Below, in pieces: positions 56,601 to 64,000 of a stretch of DNA of 64,000 nucleotides. Made by a program: the position numbers and the translations under genes. This DNA comes from Schmidtea polychroa (taxonomy: Eukaryota), in the NCBI GenBank assembly GCA_044892525.1, contig CM097886.1, forward strand, positions 97,526,001 through 97,590,000, in the 5' to 3' direction. The notes under the pieces are model-generated. The model had not been told where the DNA came from, did not search any database, and was given only the letters and a program-made list of their open reading frames with translations. How positions within the stretch are numbered: the stretch's first letter is position 1; the number at the start of each line of letters is the position of its first letter.

Positions 56601-57949
56601 AACTTTCTGAATGGCAAATCTCACAAGATAAACCTCCAACAATGAAACTTCTTTGTGATCAAACAGATCGAAGGTTTTATCTTTGTCACTATAGACTCCT
56701 CCAATTTTATCTTTCACGAGGAATGATATTAAAAAAAGTTCATAGTGTCATAAGATTTAAACAAGCTCCATTCATGAAAGCTTTTATCGAGGAGAACATT
56801 AGGTGCCGAAACATTGCAAAAAGAGAAGGTAATCTTTTTAAAGATAATAATTATAAAATTTTAAACAATTCAGTCTTTGGGAAAACAATGGAGAATGTTG
56901 ATAAATATACTCATATTGAACTCCTAACAAATACTACCAAAGATATTAAGCGTTATAATCGCATGCTAGGAAAGCCTACATTTAAAAACGCACAAGTATT
57001 TTCTGAAAATCTTACTGCAGTAGAATTAAAAAATTATGAGAAAACATATAACAAACCAATATTTATAGGGTTTACAATTTTAGAACTTTCAAAATTACAA
57101 ATGTATGAAACATATTATAACATCTTACAACCTATATACGGAGCAAATATATCAATGCATGCAATGGATACAGATTCAATGTTTTTAACAATAAGAACTC
57201 ATGATTTACAAAAAGATATGAAAGAAAATCCTATACTTTCAAATTTAATAAATTCATCTGGAGAACTATTTTCGTTTAAAGATGAAAAACCTTTTACTCC
57301 TATAGAAAATGGAATATTTATTCGTGCTAAACAATATTCATACGAAACATTTAGAAACCCTGAATTTATAACTAGATCATTTATATTTAAAACTCCAGAA
57401 ACAGAAGAAACCATTACACATAGATATCCTATATTTCCTAAAGAAGAAAAACCTGTAAAGGATAACAGATGTAAAGGAATACAGAGAGTGGTGGCAAAGA
57501 ATCTTTCTCATCAAGATTATATAGATACATTGAATCCAAATCATAAAGATAAAATTGATGAAATACATCAACTTAAAAGTGAAAACCATGATATTCACTT
57601 GATAGAATCTCAAAAAGTATCATTATCAAATTATGATGATAAGAGATTCATACTAAGTGATTTAAAGACAACTCTACCTATTGGAAATAATTTAATCCCT
57701 ATAATAAAAAATCTAGAAAAGTTGAATAAGTTATATGATACAAAGATTACTGATCTTGATATTTATAATGTTGAAATTATTTATCCCGAGAGAGAAATCG
57801 AGAAACCTTTATATTCTCAAGTTTTTAATCCTATATGTTTAGAACTTAAATATTTTAATACTGATCCTGAATATATAAAAGGTCTAAGTGATAAAGAATT
57901 TAAAGATCATAAATTAATGATTCATAGGTTGGCTTTCAACCATAACTGA
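53630..57949 (+). CDS. polB: Protein-primed family B DNA polymerase (pPolB), 1439 aa, with N-terminal zinc fingers and an endonuclease VII-like insert
   Basis: Exo YGDFES, FHNLFGYD, YLSLDV; Pol YIDATALYSGIM, KILNNSVFGK, AMDTDS; NNDNKCFIWSILA; CWMC..DHDH..RGAAHKNCNL; DDKR. Confidence 0.97.
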   Translation: MKTGYPIKNFFLKMNCNICNKVFKNKTGLISHLKSKAHLLKENNLNDTNSKLCLKCKGRFLHSGYNKHFENCIGKNREIFTCPHCNFSTKLNFYYLEHIKECKNKKQNSDDEECHSEGEPDHVEREKYNWDNFNHIDEFQLKINGPATPGEYINKNKKNIKNSFTEALKNYKPTRYNVIKYKIIIKAKYWRGAEEKTTPLDVEIGIPFKYLFSIKGFDKTIKEIIKAAEAKQEEVENELGDSNLVFNSFQTLVIDYWRGLPPNPKSYIPTPFTSKNVINVQNNDNKCFIWSILAHLHPQATNPQRVSKYKQYENELIFPKGFKHPMKLEDIPEFEKLNNLKLNFYEHVIGKEIIPIYISDSGTKDNGAQDNEIYLLILEQENNQHYVLIKNFQAFTSPENPTSGGGTCKRCLHYSTTKTSMIKHTRFCEKDDPALIKMPNNPKMYFKNFSNLLQTVGVLYGDFESINHKQDLVYQYLKIIEKNKLMDLWNSSGEKMKPERMKAFLRKRNKPNSVKKTKQLPSAYKILFKSNYPELIESREYSILGGTPEEVLNHFTKNINDLEHEIFKILKTKYPQNISNQQQQEYENTSNCWMCKQNILPDEKVIDHDHLKKENNYRGAAHKNCNLNCHTPKFIPVIFHNLFGYDIHLFIKHLAANAKNSFKVIGLTKEKYKSIEYGKLKFIDSLNFLQMSLDAVAKTMKPENFKITREFLEKNNIPLEEYPTCLAKGIYPYDYVDSFERYNETSLPSQEDFYSQLQKNHITNQEYSRANKMWELFKCKTLGEYTSMYLSLDVYILADCFEEFTKSFVLKPYNYITAPSLAWDTMLYTIWTSNIEEGDKIIDLLTNLDMFNQIKTNIRGGVSSVMGNREIKARNAITTSRRLSKHPDDPYMKINNEELKELLETMKNPIFILYIDATALYSGIMTQFLPMGDFTEIENPTDDLMKEILSTSKDSPIGYFIECDLDYPDDIKSGTRYFPLAPIRRKIDINELSEWQISQDKPPTMKLLCDQTDRRFYLCHYRLLQFYLSRGMILKKVHSVIRFKQAPFMKAFIEENIRCRNIAKREGNLFKDNNYKILNNSVFGKTMENVDKYTHIELLTNTTKDIKRYNRMLGKPTFKNAQVFSENLTAVELKNYEKTYNKPIFIGFTILELSKLQMYETYYNILQPIYGANISMHAMDTDSMFLTIRTHDLQKDMKENPILSNLINSSGELFSFKDEKPFTPIENGIFIRAKQYSYETFRNPEFITRSFIFKTPETEETITHRYPIFPKEEKPVKDNRCKGIQRVVAKNLSHQDYIDTLNPNHKDKIDEIHQLKSENHDIHLIESQKVSLSNYDDKRFILSDLKTTLPIGNNLIPIIKNLEKLNKLYDTKITDLDIYNVEIIYPEREIEKPLYSQVFNPICLELKYFNTDPEYIKGLSDKEFKDHKLMIHRLAFNHN

Positions 57950-58043
57950 AACCAACGATATTTAATTTTTTAATAATAAAATGTCGACAATTAATTTAAG
58001 CAACTATAGCAACCTGATCTACTTTTTTAAAAATACACCCATT

Positions 58044-58655
58044 TTATAAGTAAGAATTCTTTAACCATTTTTCTCGAGATGTTTTTTTATTACTTATAAC
58101 ATTAGCCACCATGCCCTCCCTTTTTAATCTTATAACCTCATTCTTTATATCTTGTATTATTTGATTTGATTTCATTATTTCTTCGTCTGTCAGGATTCCA
58201 TCTTCCAAAGCTTTTAATTGAAATAAAAATAATTTAGAGATTCCTAATTCTATTGATAAACAAACTTCTCTATATAAACTTTTCTTTTTAGAAGTATAAG
58301 ATAATGAAACTATTTCTGTTAAGAAACCATCAGCCACAGAAATACTTCCAAGTATTACAGGTGCAAGAGTAACAACTGGTAAAGTTATGGGTAAAATAAC
58401 TGTTAATATTGCAGATGCAAATCCTAAAGAATAACCTATAACTTTTAAAACTGTATTCCCTTTATTCCATCTATTTTTAATTTTTTTATAATGCTTTAAT
58501 AAATCTTGTAAATGTAAGGTTTCTGATTTAAATTCTTTTACTCTCATAATTTCAAGTTCTGTGGGAGCCGAGGCCTTGGAACCTTTGTGACCTTCGGAAT
58601 AATATCCTGATGATCTCAATTCTGGGTAAAATTTTTCTTCTCTTACTTCTTCCAT
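58044..58655 (-). CDS. Polinton/adintovirus membrane protein (GasderminX-like)
   Basis: YP.L N-terminus, two hydrophobic segments (VIGYSLGFASAILTVILPITLPVVTLAPVILGSISV), C-terminal KALEDGILTDEE motif; family assignment from recall, not searched. Confidence 0.6.
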   Translation of the reverse strand: MEEVREEKFYPELRSSGYYSEGHKGSKASAPTELEIMRVKEFKSETLHLQDLLKHYKKIKNRWNKGNTVLKVIGYSLGFASAILTVILPITLPVVTLAPVILGSISVADGFLTEIVSLSYTSKKKSLYREVCLSIELGISKLFLFQLKALEDGILTDEEIMKSNQIIQDIKNEVIRLKREGMVANVISNKKTSREKWLKNSYL

Positions 58656-58761
58656 TTTAATAATTAAAAAAATAAGACTTTATTCTTCTGAGCACCATCT
58701 GGCACCAATACTCGGATATCAAAAGAAACTCTTGTTGAGAGGATATCTTTATACAATTCTC

Positions 58762-59649
58762 TCAATGCTTTTTTTCATAAAATATTAAATCTATATATTG
58801 TACAAGTGAACTAGAAAAATGAATATTCTTACTTTTAACTTTATGTAGTTTATGTGAATGAGTATTAACATACCAATCTCCGTGTGGTAAATCATAACTA
58901 GTCATTATAACATCACCCTTTTCAAGCTTACTATTATAATCACATTTCACAAACCATTTCATTCTTTCATTATCATCATCAAACAAAAAGAAATAAGGAT
59001 CAATAATTTTTACAACCATAAAAACACCCCATTCTTTACTGTTTGTTGTTATTAAACTTGGTTCTATAAAATGTTTATATGTATGGGGTAATAATGTTTT
59101 ATTCTGTTCTAATTCAGCAGCTCTTTTTCTAATACTATGTGTGGTGTTAATGTGTGTTCCATGAGACTCTAAATTTGAAATTCTTTTATTAAATGATGTA
59201 ATCATCTCATTTATTATTTTATATATTGTATTAAATTTAGTATTCATAATTTGTTTATCTTTAGAATTTAATATAGCAGTATTTAACTTTACAACTTGTT
59301 CAGTTAACAGACTTTGTAACTTGTCAAATTTATCATTAAATCGTTGTTCGATATTATTAAGCTTTGATTCCATTGAATCAATTTTTGTTGTTAATGAACT
59401 TTCAATTCTTGTTGTTGTTAAATCAGTATATTTTTTAACACCATCTACATATTTCTTATTAACTGCATCAGCTTCATCAGTTGGTAAAGATAAATCTTTT
59501 ATCTTGTGTCCATTTAAATTTAAATCTCCTTTCATTGAATCACCTCTTTCATTAATATATTTATTTTCTGTTAAAGTTAATATTTCTTCTGTATTAAACC
59601 CTGTTTTTATTGTTCCACCACCTCTATTACAAGGAATATAAGAACTCAT
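58762..59649 (-). CDS. Fiber/spike-like virion protein
   Basis: GDSMKGDLNLNGHKIKDLSLPTDEADAVNKKYVD (tail-fiber-type repeat), then a heptad coiled coil and a globular C-terminus. Confidence 0.65.
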   Translation of the reverse strand: MSSYIPCNRGGGTIKTGFNTEEILTLTENKYINERGDSMKGDLNLNGHKIKDLSLPTDEADAVNKKYVDGVKKYTDLTTTRIESSLTTKIDSMESKLNNIEQRFNDKFDKLQSLLTEQVVKLNTAILNSKDKQIMNTKFNTIYKIINEMITSFNKRISNLESHGTHINTTHSIRKRAAELEQNKTLLPHTYKHFIEPSLITTNSKEWGVFMVVKIIDPYFFLFDDDNERMKWFVKCDYNSKLEKGDVIMTSYDLPHGDWYVNTHSHKLHKVKSKNIHFSSSLVQYIDLIFYEKKH

Positions 59650-59689
59650 TTATTAATAATTTAAAATGGACGGAGTCCCCTGAGAGGAA

Positions 59690-60453
59690 CTATACCTGTT
59701 TCAAATGTAAATACATTGAAATCTCTTCTCCATTAAAATCAATCAATTCTCCTTCTTGATTAAGAATTTTAAAATTAATATCCATTATATATTTTCTACA
59801 TAAAGGTAAATAATTTGGAGGATTCATTCTTTCAACTATTTTATATCCCATAGGAACTGTGTTTGAGGGAAAGGAATATAAAACATTTGTTTGTTTACCA
59901 TTATTATAAGAACCTGTTATACAATCGCAATGAATATTTATTGTGTTTGTATTTATTATTTTTATAATATGTTCTGATGTTATTATTTATCTTCTTTTAT
60001 TGTTATATCCATAGGTTTAAATCCTAAAACTGTGTGAAAGAAACAATTATCTAAAAAACTAATTTTTATATTCTTCAAAGTCATTACACATTTTGAAGTT
60101 GGTATATCCATTTTAATTTTAATACCTTCATTTGTTTTTTTAGAAAGTATATCATTTAAATCTTTTATCTCATATGCCCCAGGTTCTATTGTTATAATTT
60201 CTGGTTTATGCCCATCACGAGTTTGAATAGTAAATTTATTATTATCTTTAGTTATATTAAAAATAGTATTATAAGCACAAAACCATAATAGCCCCAATTC
60301 ATAATTTAAATTTTGATCTAATTTAATTGAATCTTGAAAGTTTATAGTAAAGTCTGATTCTTTTGAATTTATAGATAAAGTTCTTGAATATTTATCTGAC
60401 ATTATGTTTACCATTTTTTTTAAATTATCTTCCGGAGGGTTGTGAAGCTCCAT
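59690..60453 (-). pseudogene. Penton (minor capsid protein), split by a frameshift at ~59985
   Basis: N-half SKESDFTINF..LDQNLNYELGL..YNTIFNI..PGAYEI; C-half in another frame INIHCDCITGSYNNG..VLYSFP..GYKIVE..YLP..NQEGELIDFNGEEISMYLHLK*. Confidence 0.9.
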
Positions 60454-60501
60454 TTCTTTAGTAGTAAATTCATATAGTAAAAATCCTTATAGTAAAAATC
60501 C

Positions 60502-60966
60502 TTATAGTAGAGATTCTAGATCATTATAAATTTCTTGAATTATAGATTCAAAATCCTGCGTATGCCCCTTTCCCTCTCCCTTATTCAATCTATACAAAAC
60601 ATATAAACTTAAAATACCACATATTTTAGTATTCAAAGGTTGAACTTGTAAAGAGTTAAAAGTATAACCATTTGGGGAATCAATCGGAGAACCTCTCAAG
60701 AGATAATCTTCAACTTCTTTAGTAGGTTTAATCCCAAAAGAATCAAAGTAGATAGATTTCTTATATATACAAACCCAATGAGATCCTTTTTCATTTGAAT
60801 TTTGATAATTGATTATTATATTCAGGGGACTCTCCAGACTTGATAATTCATCATTCATTAATATTTTAATTTTTAAATTTAAATAATTTGCATAATCTTT
60901 TAAATCAAAATTTGTTTTTGCATTTATTCCAAATGTTTTTAAAAAATCTAATATTGAAGGAGTCAT
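60502..60966 (-). CDS. Adenain-like cysteine (maturation) protease
   Basis: GSHWVCIY..YFDSFG..QVQPLNTKICG catalytic H/D/Q/C arrangement. Confidence 0.92.
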   Translation of the reverse strand: MTPSILDFLKTFGINAKTNFDLKDYANYLNLKIKILMNDELSSLESPLNIIINYQNSNEKGSHWVCIYKKSIYFDSFGIKPTKEVEDYLLRGSPIDSPNGYTFNSLQVQPLNTKICGILSLYVLYRLNKGEGKGHTQDFESIIQEIYNDLESLL

Positions 60967-60988
60967 TTTGTATTTTAAAACTTCGTAT

Positions 60989-61870
60989 TTATAACTTCGT
61001 ATACTTATTAAATTTATCTTTTGAAATTATTCCTTGTTTTAACAAATCTTTAGAAATCTTTAAAATATCAGAATCTAAATTATTATGTCCTGCTTTCCTT
61101 GCAGCTAATAGTTTTCTTAATTCAATAAAAAGATTGATGGGATTTGGTTTACCACCTTCACTAATTAATCCCTCTCCCTCTGTAACAACATAACCCTTTT
61201 CATTTTTATTTAAATAATTCTTTAAATCTTGAATATATTTTGCTTTAGAACTAGCTCTTATTAATCTTATTAAATTTAAATATTTTTTAATTTCTTCAAC
61301 ATCATCTGAAGAATATCCACAAAGTAATCTATAAAAATCATCTGTAAATTCAAAGTCTAAATATTCATTATTATAAACATTTTGTGAATGAATACGTGAT
61401 TTATTTTCTGAATTTGAATATAAAGTAAAGTTTTGTTTATTAATTGTTATTATTTGATATCCTTCAGTATTAGTATTAAATGTGGGTCTAATTGAAGGAG
61501 GTAAATCATCTCTAATTTTAGGATCAACTTTAAGAGGTTTTGTTTTTAAAAACATTTCTTCTTCTTCCACATTAGAAATTCTTCTGCGTTTTCTTTGATT
61601 TCTTTCAGGATGGTTTTCACTGGATTCTTTTTCTTTATCCTGCCACTCTAGTTCTTTTATTTTTTGTTTTTTATCTTCTAACTCTTTAAATTTTGCTTGC
61701 TCATTGAAATCTTCCAACTCTTTTATAGCTTTAATTGTTGGCCCCTGTTGTTGTGTTATTACCTCATTTAATATTATAGATTCAGCATGTTGAGTTGTAT
61801 CTTTTTTATTATATTTATCTTGTTCTGATTGTAATTTTTTTAAAAGTGCTAATCTTTCTTCATATACCAT
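60989..61870 (-). CDS. Conserved Polinton-type hypothetical protein
   Basis: 293-aa intact ORF; N-terminal coiled coil with P.IKAI; basic RNQRKRRR stretch; C-terminal LRKLLAARKAGHN..LLKQGII. Confidence 0.7.
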   Translation of the reverse strand: MVYEERLALLKKLQSEQDKYNKKDTTQHAESIILNEVITQQQGPTIKAIKELEDFNEQAKFKELEDKKQKIKELEWQDKEKESSENHPERNQRKRRRISNVEEEEMFLKTKPLKVDPKIRDDLPPSIRPTFNTNTEGYQIITINKQNFTLYSNSENKSRIHSQNVYNNEYLDFEFTDDFYRLLCGYSSDDVEEIKKYLNLIRLIRASSKAKYIQDLKNYLNKNEKGYVVTEGEGLISEGGKPNPINLFIELRKLLAARKAGHNNLDSDILKISKDLLKQGIISKDKFNKYTKL

Positions 61871-61892
61871 TTTAATGGTATCAAAAATGGTA

Positions 61893-62486
61893 TCATAGTT
61901 CGAAGGGCTTCAAGTATAATCCTTTACCATTTTTAGTTTTACAAAGGCATCCATTCTTTAAAGATTTACATATTTTTTTTAAATCTTCTTTATCTTTTGA
62001 AGATAAAGATTCAGATGTAGAAATTTGATTTTTTTAAAAATCATTTAAACCTCTACCTTTATAAGGATCAAGATAGAGACCTTTGCCCTGAGACTTTTGC
62101 CGACTCCCCTCATATGGATTAAGATAGAGACCCTTTCCAACGGACACTCCCCCTTTAGCTTGCCCTACCTTCTTCATTGAATCGATTTCAGTTTGTAGTT
62201 TTTCTTTTTCTAGGTCTGTCTTTTGAGATTCTTTAGCTTTTTGAACTGTAGTTGCAATTCCTCCAGCTATTCCAGCAGCACCTGATAAACCAGCAATGAT
62301 TGCAGGTATTAAAGCAGCTAATGGAAGAATGCCACCTTCTTTAGCTTCGTGGAGCTTCGCTCTAACTTGTTCTTTTACATGTTTTCCAATAAAATATTTT
62401 TTACCATCAATTACTACTGATTTATTTTTATTTGAATTTATTAATTCTTGCAAAGATTCTTCAGTAGAGGAACTCTTCGAGGTCAT
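61893..62486 (-). CDS. Adenovirus pX-like core/membrane protein precursor (150 aa; 197 aa if the TAA at 62034-62036 is a lesion or is read through)
   Basis: EGG/ILPLAALIPAIIAGLSGAAGIA resembles adenoviral pX RGG/ILPLLIPLIAAAIG; GKGLYLxP occurs twice before and once after the stop, in frame. Confidence 0.75.
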
Positions 62487-62502
62487 TTTATAATAAAAAA
62501 AA

Positions 62503-63294
62503 ATGGATATTTGGAAACCAATTTTAAATAGACATAAGAGTAAATTTAATAATAAAGTATTTCCTGATAATTTTAGATTATTAATTGTTGGTTCTTCTGG
62601 ATGTGGAAAGAATGTACTTGTTTTGAGAATGTTACTTGAAGATGATTTTTTAGATTATAATAATTTAATCTTTTATTCTACAACCATAAATCAACCAGAA
62701 TTACAACTTTTGAAATGTGGATTTGAAAATAAATTAACTAAAAAAACAATAATTGATATTTTTAAAAATCAACATAGGTGTCCTGAAGAAGTTTTTCAAC
62801 CTTGTGATATGGTTGATTGGTATAAGGAAAAGATTTTAGAATCAGATATTAGTAATAAAAATGATTATATTTGTGAAGAAGGGCAGGAGGCAATTCAAGT
62901 TTTATTCTCTAATAAACCTGAAGATGTTTTACATTGTGATTTACTTCCTAAAGATAAAAAGAATCTAGTTATATTTGATGATGTTGTTAATATGAAAAAT
63001 CAAGAGATTCAAAAGAGTTATTTTACACGAGGTCGACATAATAATTGTAATGTTATTTATATATCTCAAACATATTATGCTTTAGATAAAAATTCAATAA
63101 GAAATAATTCTAATTGTTTTATATTTTTTAAATTAGATCGCCGTGATAAGAATATGATTTATAATGATTTATTTTCAAATGTTGAACCTGATAAGAATAT
63201 GTTTGATATGTTTGTTGATAATCATTGGAAAGAAAAATATAATTATATTTATTTGGATAGAGAAGAAGCTGAAATATGGAAAAGTTTGTTTTAG
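62503..63294 (+). CDS. A32/FtsK-like genome packaging ATPase
   Basis: Walker A GSSGCGKN (N at the usual S/T), Walker B LVIFDD, RGRH..VIYISQ. Confidence 0.93.
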   Translation: MDIWKPILNRHKSKFNNKVFPDNFRLLIVGSSGCGKNVLVLRMLLEDDFLDYNNLIFYSTTINQPELQLLKCGFENKLTKKTIIDIFKNQHRCPEEVFQPCDMVDWYKEKILESDISNKNDYICEEGQEAIQVLFSNKPEDVLHCDLLPKDKKNLVIFDDVVNMKNQEIQKSYFTRGRHNNCNVIYISQTYYALDKNSIRNNSNCFIFFKLDRRDKNMIYNDLFSNVEPDKNMFDMFVDNHWKEKYNYIYLDREEAEIWKSLF

Positions 63295-63305
63295 GGCTTG
63301 TCGAC

Positions 63306-64000
63306 TTAAAAATCTGTTTTCTGTAGTTCATTATTATAAAATCTACCTAATATTTTTTCATTATTTAAATCAAAGATGCTATATGTTATTGGAGTTGTAT
63401 AATTTATTTTATTTATAATAAAAATTTCATTTGTCCATTTTGCTGTGAATCCTTTTTCAAATTTATTTTTATATTTAAATATTCTTACTCGGTCACCAAT
63501 TTTAAACTTTGGTTTTTCAATAACATCATTTTCAATATTTACCACTTTAATGGTTTCAGGCTTCATGGAAGCATTTAAAGGTGTTAATTTTATAGAACTA
63601 TGTACATCATTATTATATTCATTTACAATCTTTTGTAACAATTCATTGTTCCATTTTTGTTTTCCAATAGCAGTAAAATATTTCCACATTTTATTTTTTA
63701 ATGTTCTATTTAATCTTTCAACTACAACTGCTTTTCCTTCGTTTTCTGTTGAATATAATTTAATATCATTTTCATTTAAAAACTTTGTAAAAACTTTGTT
63801 ATAAAATTCTGTTCCTTTATCACACCATAAATATTTTGGGATTCTTTGATTTTCTTCAAATATATTTTCAAATGCTTCTGTAATAGAATATCCTGTTTTA
63901 TTTTCTAAACACCTTGCAAAAGCAAATCTTGTATATAAATCTATTACAGTTAAAATTATTTTATATTTTTCAGGGTCTGATGATTTGGGCATAAAGACTA
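63306..64000 (-). CDS. Retroviral-like (rve) integrase, N-terminus beyond the window edge
   Basis: LTVIDLYTRFA, LWCDKGTEF, VVERLNRTLK; Polinton-type C-terminus KFKIGDRVRI..WT.EIF..GRFY..ELQK. Confidence 0.95.
   Translation of the reverse strand, partial: VFMPKSSDPEKYKIILTVIDLYTRFAFARCLENKTGYSITEAFENIFEENQRIPKYLWCDKGTEFYNKVFTKFLNENDIKLYSTENEGKAVVVERLNRTLKNKMWKYFTAIGKQKWNNELLQKIVNEYNNDVHSSIKLTPLNASMKPETIKVVNIENDVIEKPKFKIGDRVRIFKYKNKFEKGFTAKWTNEIFIINKINYTTPITYSIFDLNNEKILGRFYNNELQKTDF

Larger units (their letters stand above)
52650..64000. mobile_element. Endogenous Polinton/Maverick (adintovirus-like) virus, left ~11.4 kb; truncated by the window edge
   Basis: Dense, intronless viral gene cluster (pPolB, penton, adenain, ATPase, integrase, pX-like, fiber-like); putative left terminus AGTAGT at 52650; right TIR/TSD not in window. 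Confidence 0.95.

Overview
Very AT-rich eukaryotic (animal) genomic DNA with seven N-gaps. Tiny 43-55 nt GT-AG introns sit beside TE-bloated introns and (ATT)n tracts. The TE complement resembles that of triclad flatworms, but the host is an inference only. (1) Bases ~700-47300 hold two tandem, minus-strand, multi-exon paralogs of a highly divergent semaphorin-like gene (Sema-PSI-Ig; copy B ends in a hydrophobic TM/anchor segment). (2) Their introns contain a 4.9 kb hAT (Tip100/DUF4371-like) element with nested piggyBac and C2H2-ZF cargo, Gypsy and mariner remnants, an LTR with its PPT, an apparently intact IS630/Tc1 element, one near-complete and three truncated Penelope-like elements with hammerhead-ribozyme remnants, and a decayed STT3 fragment. 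A MULE pseudogene lies just upstream of copy B. (3) From ~52650 to the right edge is an endogenous Polinton/Maverick (adintovirus-like) virus: protein-primed PolB, GasderminX-like membrane protein, fiber-like protein, frameshifted penton, adenain protease, pX-like core protein, A32/FtsK ATPase and integrase. The major capsid gene and right TIR are outside the window. The most novel-looking signal is in the non-coding left arm of this virus: a ~75 nt tRNA-derived Pol III unit (A box, duplicated B box, T8 terminator) head-to-head with polB, next to a cluster of GC-rich hairpins. It is a candidate analogue of adenovirus VA RNA. All calls were made by eye from motifs; no searches were run and many boundaries are approximate.
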